The translations under genes and the position numbers were made by a program. This document shows positions 56,807-64,000 of a stretch of DNA of 64,000 nucleotides, piece by piece. Location of the stretch: contig CAVXJF010000003.1 in the NCBI GenBank assembly GCA_963762055.1, positions 115,141 to 179,140 on the forward strand. The letters run 5' to 3'. Each line of letters opens with the position of its first letter. Within the stretch, counting starts at the first letter, position 1. The stretch is from Vicinamibacterales bacterium (GTDB taxonomy: Bacteria; Acidobacteriota; Vicinamibacteria; Vicinamibacterales; JAMQPK01). The notes beneath the pieces were generated by a model. It ran no database searches and was not told the DNA's origin. It saw nothing but the letters and a program-made list of their open reading frames with translations.

Positions 56807-58747
56807 TTAAGGACTGAGCAGCGCATATGACACTACCTTCCACGAGCCGTTCACATTGCTCCAGACCGTCCATAACGTCGCGGGATCCACGTTGCCGTTG
56901 CCGAAGTTGAAGCCAGCGGCGTAATACGTCCCATAACCGGTAGCTCGAGCGGCGCTGAAATCCGGATCCCCATCGGGTCTGCGGCGCGCGCAGTCGGCCG
57001 CCGCGCCCATGGATTCGGGGATGGATGCGATGACGAACGCTGCGTCCTCGGGGTGCTTGACCAGTTTCAACGCCTGGTGATGAACCTCAGGGGCGACGAC
57101 CGCGCCGTCGAGGCGCCTCACCAGGCCGATCGCCTCCGCCGCTCTCGCCATACCCTTCTTCAGCAGCTCGCGCGCCTCCTCGGGCGTCGACGGGGCCGGG
57201 ACATCGTCAGGACGGTACAGGTTGACGCACGCGAGACACTCGAGAGCGACGTACTCGAGGGCCTTCTCGATATTCTTTCTGACCAGCCACTCCCTCATGA
57301 AATTCGACGCGGCCTTGACCATGTCCCTGTCGCCCTCCACGTAATCCAATGGCGCGTCGGCGGCGAGCGCGGCGCGAAGGTTGGGTACGCGGCTTCGATC
57401 GATTTCGGGATCGACATCGTAGGAAATCAATTTCCAGTAGTCGCCCTCGCGTTGCCACAGCGTCGCCACCATGCTGCCCGCCTGCTCCTTCCGCTTGAAG
57501 GCAAACAGGGCCCCGACATACTTGCCGAAGGACCTGGACTTCAGTGCTTTCGGGGACGCCTGGCTGGAATCCACCCTGTCGACACACTTGAATTCCTCGG
57601 CCAGATCTTCTCTGACGTCGTATAAGACGAATGTGGAATGGTGTGGTTGCTGGATCACCTTCAAGCGTTCACTGCTGACCGCGACGCCGACGATGGCGTC
57701 TCTGAGGGACGACAGCTTCCCGATCTCCGCATTCGCGGTCATCATGCGTTGCAGCAGCAGGAAACCGACCACGCCGCGATCGGTCGTCGCCTTGTCTTCC
57801 AAATCGACGCAGGCGTAGCTCTGCTCGGCCAGGTAGGCGATGCCTTCCTCTGGCTTCTGCTCCACCAGCCAGCCGCTCAGAAAGTCGTAGACCGCGTCGG
57901 CGGGCTTGCCACCTTTGCGTCGAGGCGCTGACGGGACGACTCGCTCTGACCCCGTGTCCAGTCGAAACGTCTCCTCCCAAGGCAAGCCCAACAGGTTTCG
58001 CCACCAGTTCTGCATTCCCGACCATTGTTGGTTGTGCTTCGCGTCATTCCCAGCGACGCGAATGTCGGAATTGGACGCCGTGAGGTGTCCATTCACAAGC
58101 GCCAGCGGGAACTTGGAAGAGCGGTAATCCACATCGATGTCGGCCCTCGACCCATCGCGCGTGAGAGAGACCTGGATCGACGGCGTCCCACCCGTGCTGC
58201 GGAAACAGATTGGGTAGCCCTTGTGATAGACGGTGTTGTCGGCGGTACGCGAGAACTCCTTACTCCGTGAGAGAAGCTCAACCGCACCGGGCTTCATCTC
58301 GACATAGATCCTGAACTGCCGGTCGCCTCTCAAGCCCAGTATCTGGCCGGCGACATCGTCGAGTCCGTCCACCAGCTCTATGGATGAATCCGAGAGACTC
58401 TCGCCGGAACCGTCCGTGAGAGTGGTCATGAGGAGCGCGTGGGTGACCGCGTTGAACGTTGTCCGGGTCGACAGCGGCAGGTTCTCATAGCCTTCTGCCG
58501 GGTCGATCGGCTTCTTGAACACCGCGCTCACGCGCGTGAACCAATCGTCGATAAGCCGCCTTTGAGGCGGTCGCAAGCTCGAGTAAGTGCTACCAGGCCC
58601 TTCCGCGCCGGAGGAATCCTGCTGTGCCCAAACCGGGTGAGTACCGATCAGTACTAACACGATCATGCCAAGGACACGAACGCCCCGATTCGATTTCATT
58701 GCAGTCCATTTCCAGCGCGAGCTCGCTATGGTTCCCTGTGACGCCAA
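56807..58747 (-). CDS. Secreted hypothetical protein with internal C-terminal domain duplication
   Basis: Signal peptide (…HPVWA|QQ); two repeats FL..WLV..K.E....Y.A....AC ... W....G.WK..SY. Confidence 0.75.
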   Translation of the reverse strand: MASQGTIASSRWKWTAMKSNRGVRVLGMIVLVLIGTHPVWAQQDSSGAEGPGSTYSSLRPPQRRLIDDWFTRVSAVFKKPIDPAEGYENLPLSTRTTFNAVTHALLMTTLTDGSGESLSDSSIELVDGLDDVAGQILGLRGDRQFRIYVEMKPGAVELLSRSKEFSRTADNTVYHKGYPICFRSTGGTPSIQVSLTRDGSRADIDVDYRSSKFPLALVNGHLTASNSDIRVAGNDAKHNQQWSGMQNWWRNLLGLPWEETFRLDTGSERVVPSAPRRKGGKPADAVYDFLSGWLVEQKPEEGIAYLAEQSYACVDLEDKATTDRGVVGFLLLQRMMTANAEIGKLSSLRDAIVGVAVSSERLKVIQQPHHSTFVLYDVREDLAEEFKCVDRVDSSQASPKALKSRSFGKYVGALFAFKRKEQAGSMVATLWQREGDYWKLISYDVDPEIDRSRVPNLRAALAADAPLDYVEGDRDMVKAASNFMREWLVRKNIEKALEYVALECLACVNLYRPDDVPAPSTPEEARELLKKGMARAAEAIGLVRRLDGAVVAPEVHHQALKLVKHPEDAAFVIASIPESMGAAADCARRRPDGDPDFSAARATGYGTYYAAGFNFGNGNVDPATLWTVWSNVNGSWKVVSYALLSP

Positions 58748-58840
58748 CGGAAACTAACAGAGGGGAAGTGAGCCGTCTACTGCCCTTAGGGGAAGGATCG
58801 ACGCGAATACCGCGAAGGCTTGGTCAAGCCGACGTCGTCG

Positions 58841-61678
58841 CTACCATTGCAACCTGGCACCGATCCGGACAACGCGTGGTCCCGTGATTGCGGTCGGCCG
58901 CAGCCACGAGCCGCCCGAGCTGGTTGTAAGCATCTGTTCAGCATTGGTGTTGAACATGTTGTACACGTCGAAGAATCCCATGACACGCACAGCGTTGATG
59001 CGAAATGTTTTTTCGGTGCGCACGTCGACGATGCGTGATGTCAGGTGTTCGATTGGCCGCGATCGGTTCGGCCTTGATGGTTGCGCTCCCATAGTTGAGC
59101 GTTTGCACGAAGGTGCGCGCAAACGGTGTGCCGGACTGGTGTCGGACGACGGGGACGACCAGAAAGCCCCAGCGCAGATTCATCGTACCGTTCAGTTTCG
59201 CCTGCCACGTGCTGAAGCGATCGTGACCGCGCGTGGTGTTGATCAGGGTATTCGGCGTGAAATCATTTCCCGTCCCAAGAGCGGCCTCCTGGCTCCACGT
59301 ATTCGTGAAGCTGGCCAGCAACGACCAACCTGCGCGCTGACGTTTCGTCGCCGTGATCTCCCAGGTGTAGTACTCGCTGTTACTGTCAGGCAGGCTCGTG
59401 GTCAGGTTCACGGGCGACGCGCTTAAGGAGGCCGCGGTCAGCTCGTAGGCGGTCACGGTTCCGCCATCGTCGGCAGAACCGAGTCGCCCGTCAGGGCCGG
59501 GATCGACGGCAGCGACGGGCACTGAGTACGCATCGAGCGGCCGGCTGACGTTGATCGTGCCGTAGGGCTGGCGCTTCGCATTCAGGACCATACCGGTCCG
59601 GACGCCGAAATCAGATGCCACCTCGCGTTCGATGTACGCGCTGGCCTGATGCACATATGTATTCTCGATGCGCGGATCGAGCTGGGTCGACGTGCTGCCG
59701 CCGGACACAGCGATCAATCGTCCTTCCTCGCCTGGATTCCACCGGCCGTTCGAGTTGGCGTCGTTGGTCCAAGCGTAGGTCTGCGACCAGCCGGAAGGAT
59801 TCGGGTTGAAGGCTGACGTGAAGTTGGTTCCGGGGTAGACCCAGAACTGTCCGTAATGGAGTTTGAGCACGGTCTTGCCGTCGCCCGTGAGATCGGCGCT
59901 CATGCCCACGCGCGGGGCCCAGTTGCTGAAGGTGAGGACAGGGTCGATCGCCGAAAACATCTGCCCTGCCGGTCCCTGCTGCTCGGGAAGAATCGGCTGG
60001 TAGCGATCCAGGCGCATGCCTAGAGAAAGCGTGACCCGGCCATTGAGACGCCACGTGTCGTCCAGGAAACCAGCGGCGGTCGTCAGAGCGTTTTTCGACA
60101 CGTTCGGGCCCAGCCGGATTTGCACTTGAGCAGGCGCGCCGTTGTTCAGCGTCGACACGCAGTTGCACAAATTGCCGAATCCGTCGGTCCGTGCGACGAG
60201 CCGGTCGCTCATGTACTCGCCGCCGATTCTGAAAGTGTGACCGCCACCCCACCCGGTCTTCAGGAAGCTCATGGAACCGTTGGCCTGTGGGCGGTTGATC
60301 AGTCGCTCCTGAGACACGGCGCCACCGCGCACGGTATTCGCACCAATGTCCGCAATGCGCGGGTCCGTACTCTTGAATGTTGCGGCGAAGTCGGAGCGAT
60401 AACCTCCGACGCGTGCCTCGACGTAGAACGCGTCCGTCACGGCGGCGTTGTACTCGCCCTTCCACACGCTCACGGGAAACGCCGCGCGCTGGAGTGCATC
60501 ACTGGTCACGATGGGCTGGTTCGCGCTGGGGGTGAAATAATTCGACTGCCGGAAGGTTTCGTGCTGAAGGTATCCGACGAGCTTCTGACCTCGAGACAGC
60601 AGGTAGGTAACCTTGCCCGTCACGACCGCCGCGTCGAGCGTGGCAGCTGCATCGAGCAGCCAGGGGTATTGCTGCGCAACCTCCGTGAAGCGGTACGCGC
60701 TATACCACCACGCCTTGTCTTTTTTCAGGTATCCGCCCACGTCCGCGTTGAAATCCCGAAAGCGCTGCAGCCGGTTAACATGGCGCGCGTCGAGGCCGGG
60801 CCCGCCTGAGACGCCGCGCGCGATTTGGCCGTCGTCGATGTTGGTGGCTTCGAGCGCATCGTTCTGGAAATCCGCGTACAGGCCGCCGTGATACGCGTTG
60901 CCCCCGGACTTGCTGACGTACTGGCCGAGCGTGCCCGGCACTGGCATCGCGGCCGTCTGGCCCACGGCGGTTACGGCAATCTCCGAAAACGATGCGAAGT
61001 CGGAGAAGTAGTTGTCGTTCGCGCCGTTGGCCCCGCCGACACGAATGCCTTCAACCTCATTGCGGTTCACCCCGGTGGTCGCCCGCAATCCGTAGGCCGT
61101 GTATTCCTGCAGGGTGAGCGCGCCGTTGCCTCCCACGTCCATCTTCGAGAACGCCACGCCCGGCGTGTTCGCCGCGATCGCGAAGAAGTCGCGCGCGCCT
61201 GGCAGGCTCGCGAGCTTCTCGCTGTCAAAATGGGTCGTGACGACTGTTGACGAGACGTCAACCACAGGCGCCGCGCCGCTGACGGTGACGCTATCGTCGA
61301 CTCGTGCCGGGGCTCAACTCGACGTTGACGGTCGCCGTGAATCCAAGCCCGACGTGGATACCTTCGCGGACAATCGTCCCAAAACCGGAAAGCTGAAAGG
61401 TTAGCGTGTGGTCGCCCAGTGGCACTGCAGAAAAGCGGTAGACGCCCGCCTCGTCGGTGAGGGCAGTGCGGGCGGTCATCAATGACGGCCCCGACAGCGT
61501 GACGGTCACCTCCGGCACGACGGCCTTCGTAGCTGTCTGTGACGACTCCATTGATGGCGCCAGTCGTCGCGGTCACGGTCTGCGCTTCGGCTGACGCCCC
61601 TCCGTCCCCTGCGATGACGCACAGGACCAGACAGACCACCCAGGCGGCCGCCGAAACATGAGGTTTACAGAGGGTCAC
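58841..61678 (-). CDS. TonB-dependent receptor (Oar-like) with N-terminal carboxypeptidase-regulatory domain; frameshifts near 61530, 61300 and 59040
   Basis: GAINGVVTD, TDEAGVYRF, SKSGGNAYHG, D.W.L..RVTL.LG.R.D, C-terminal PRVVRIGARLQW. Confidence 0.8.
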
Positions 61679-61878
61679 ATCAGCCGCAAGAGCGTAGGGC
61701 TTTCATCTCTTCGGATCACTGTGATACCGGTGAACACCGGACACTATGCGGAAACGGCACGGCACGTCCGGAGTCCCCAGAGCTCGCGCCGAAACTGCAT
61801 AGTCACCTTTGGTCTCAGTCCCTTACAGTCCCAAAGCCGGCCGTGAATCACGTTCCGTTCACGGCGCGATCTGAGCTT

Positions 61879-63745
61879 ATGAGTTGGGTCACCGTCATCT
61901 GGTCCATGGTTGCGTCGGCGTGCCTCACGCTGGCGGTGATCTACTTTCTGGTGTGGTGGAGCAACCGCTCCGGCCGGGCCAACCTGCTCTTTGCCATGGC
62001 GGCCGTGTCCACTGCGGCCTTCACGCTGTGTGAATTGCGGCAGATGCGAGCCGGGACGCCCGGAGAACTCCTCTCGGCGATGAGGTGGACCCATGTCGCG
62101 CTGCTCGGTGTGCTGGTCTCCACCACGTGGTTCGTGAGGTTCTACCTTGGCGCGGGGCGGCGATGGCTGGCGTGGACCGTCTCGAGCCTGCGCGTCTTCT
62201 ATCTGCTGGCCGCGTTTCTGATCTGGGGGAACGTCAACTACCTCGAGATCACGAGTCTGCAGCGCAGGCCGTTTCTCGGCGACTCCGTCACGGCGTTCAC
62301 CGGCATACGGAATCCCTGGATGCTGTTCGGCTACGCGACGATGGTGCTGATCCTCGTCTTTGTGGCCGACGCCAGCATCACCACCTGGCGGCGAGGCGAG
62401 CGCCGAAAGGCGCTGATGATCGGGGGCAGTATCGAATTGTTTCTCCTGCTCGGTACCTTTCAGGCCGCGCTCGTCCATTGGGCCCACCTACCCTTCCCCG
62501 TTCTCATCGCCCCGTTCTACCTCGGCCTGGTCATCGTGATGGCCTCCGCCTTGAGTCGTGACGTGCTACGGGCGTCGCGACTCGTCCACGAGCTTCAAGC
62601 CAGCGAGGCCGGGCTGCGCGAAAGCGAGGCGCGCATGAGCCTGGCCGTCGATGCCGCCGATTTGGGCATCTGGATCCGGGACCTGGCGCGAAACGAGATT
62701 TGGGCGAGCCACAAATGGCGCGAGTTGTTTGGCTTCGCGCCGTCTGGGCCGCTCAAGTTCAACGCCATGCTGCAACGGCTGCACGTCGATGATCGCGAAG
62801 CTCTCCAGCAGGCGCACGCATATGGCGGTCGCGGGTGCGGATGGAGGCAGATACCAGACCGAATACCGGTTGATGCTGCCGGATGGCGCGACCCGGTGGA
62901 TTTCCTCTCAGGGCCGTGTCGAGTTCGACGCCACGGGCCGGCCGGTCCTGATCCGTGGCACCGCTCGCGACCTTACCGCACGCAAACAGGCTGAGCAGGA
63001 GACGCAGCTGCTCCAGCAGCAGATCGCACACGCCGGGCGCGTATCGATGCTGGGCCAGCTTGCGTCGGGGCTGGCACATGAGATCAATCAGCCGCTCGCG
63101 TCGATCTTGCGCAACGCGGAGGCAGCCGAGCTGTTCCTGCAGCACCCCTCACCGGATCTCGATGAGATCCGCGCGATTCTTTCGGACATCCGCTCGGACG
63201 ACGAACGCGCCGGCCATGTCATCGATCGTATGCGCGGGCTGCTCAAGCGGCAGACGCTCGACACGGAACCGCTCGACGTGGGCGCGCTTGTCGGCGATGT
63301 AGCGGCGCTCGTGCGGATCGATGCGGCGACGCGGCAGGTGAAGCTGGATGTCGATGTGCCAGCCGATCTGCCGCACGCTCGCGGCGACCGCGTGCAGATT
63401 CAGCAGGTGCTGCTCAACCTCATTCTCAACGGGATGGACGCGCTCGACGGGACGAGGCTCGAGGATCGGCGCGTCGATGTGACCGCGCGGGCCGATGTCG
63501 ACAGGGGCGCGCCGATCGTCGAGATCGCCGTCGGCGACGCGGGGCACGGCATTCCTGCCGACACGCTTGCGCGGATCTTCGACCCGTTTTTCACGACCAA
63601 GCCGAACGGCATGGGCATAGGTCTGGCGGTCTCCCGCACCATCGTCGAGGCGCACAGCGGGCGACTGTGGGCTGAGAACAGGAACGGCGGCGGCGCGGCA
63701 TTTCGTTTCACGCTGCCGATCGCGGAGGAGGGCGCCGCCGTATGA
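61879..63745 (+). CDS. Membrane sensor histidine kinase with PAS domain, frameshift near 62822
   Basis: About 7 TM; LAHEINQPL H-box; QVLLNL..NG, D.G.G, FFTTK..GMGIGL. Confidence 0.85.
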
Positions 63746-64000
63746 ACGTAACCGAGCCCACCGTCCACATCGTCGATGACGATGCGCCGTTTCTTATGGC
63801 AACCTCGCGGCTGCTTCGGGCGAGCGGGTTTACGGTCAGGACGTTCGGGTCGGCGAGCGACTTTCTCACGCAGCGAGCCGAGGATGCGCCGGGTTGCGTG
63901 CTCGCCGATGTGCGGATGCCCGGCATGAACGGCCTCGAGCTGCAATCGGCGCTGGCCCGGTCGTCCAATCCGCTGCCGATTCTCTTCCTCACTGGCCACG
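63742..64000 (+). CDS. FixJ/TtrR-like response regulator (truncated by window end)
   Basis: VHIVDDD, GCVLADVRMPGMNGLELQ, FLTGH; ATGA overlap with the kinase. Confidence 0.9.
   Translation, partial: MNVTEPTVHIVDDDAPFLMATSRLLRASGFTVRTFGSASDFLTQRAEDAPGCVLADVRMPGMNGLELQSALARSSNPLPILFLTGH

Overview
GC-rich bacterial chromosome segment. Gene style and intergenic repeats suggest Acidobacteriota (Vicinamibacteria-like); this is an inference. In order: a Tat-exported xanthine/aldehyde-oxidoreductase-family molybdoenzyme with a cytochrome b anchor; a tandem cyclophilin, ettA, an ABC exporter and a TlpA protein; a complete SUF operon (minus strand); an asd-dapB-dapA-dapD-M20 operon behind an unannotated Thr/Lys-rich leader-peptide attenuator; a ~18 kb sulfur locus; a pheA-ilvD-ilvB-ilvN-ilvC-hom-thrC-lysC operon behind a Val/Thr/Leu/Ile/Phe-rich leader-peptide attenuator; and a repeat-rich accessory tail (broken dinB, methyltransferase, secreted protein, TonB-dependent receptor, two-component system). 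The sulfur locus holds LysR, cysQ, membrane-fused cysC, a sulfotransferase, two NPP/AlkP paralogues predicted on opposite membrane faces, a 64-aa 'RLxxLGY' micro-protein, an archaeal/ER-type EMC3/TMCO1/DUF106-like membrane protein, three sulfatase-fold proteins lacking the formylglycine motif, cysH and cysG. The best candidate for an undescribed system is this locus, read as a possible trans-membrane sulfation relay. Many single-base frameshifts (24.8, 31.4, 34.6-41.7, 55.5, 59-62.8 kb) look like sequencing/assembly errors. All family calls are from motif recognition, not database searches.
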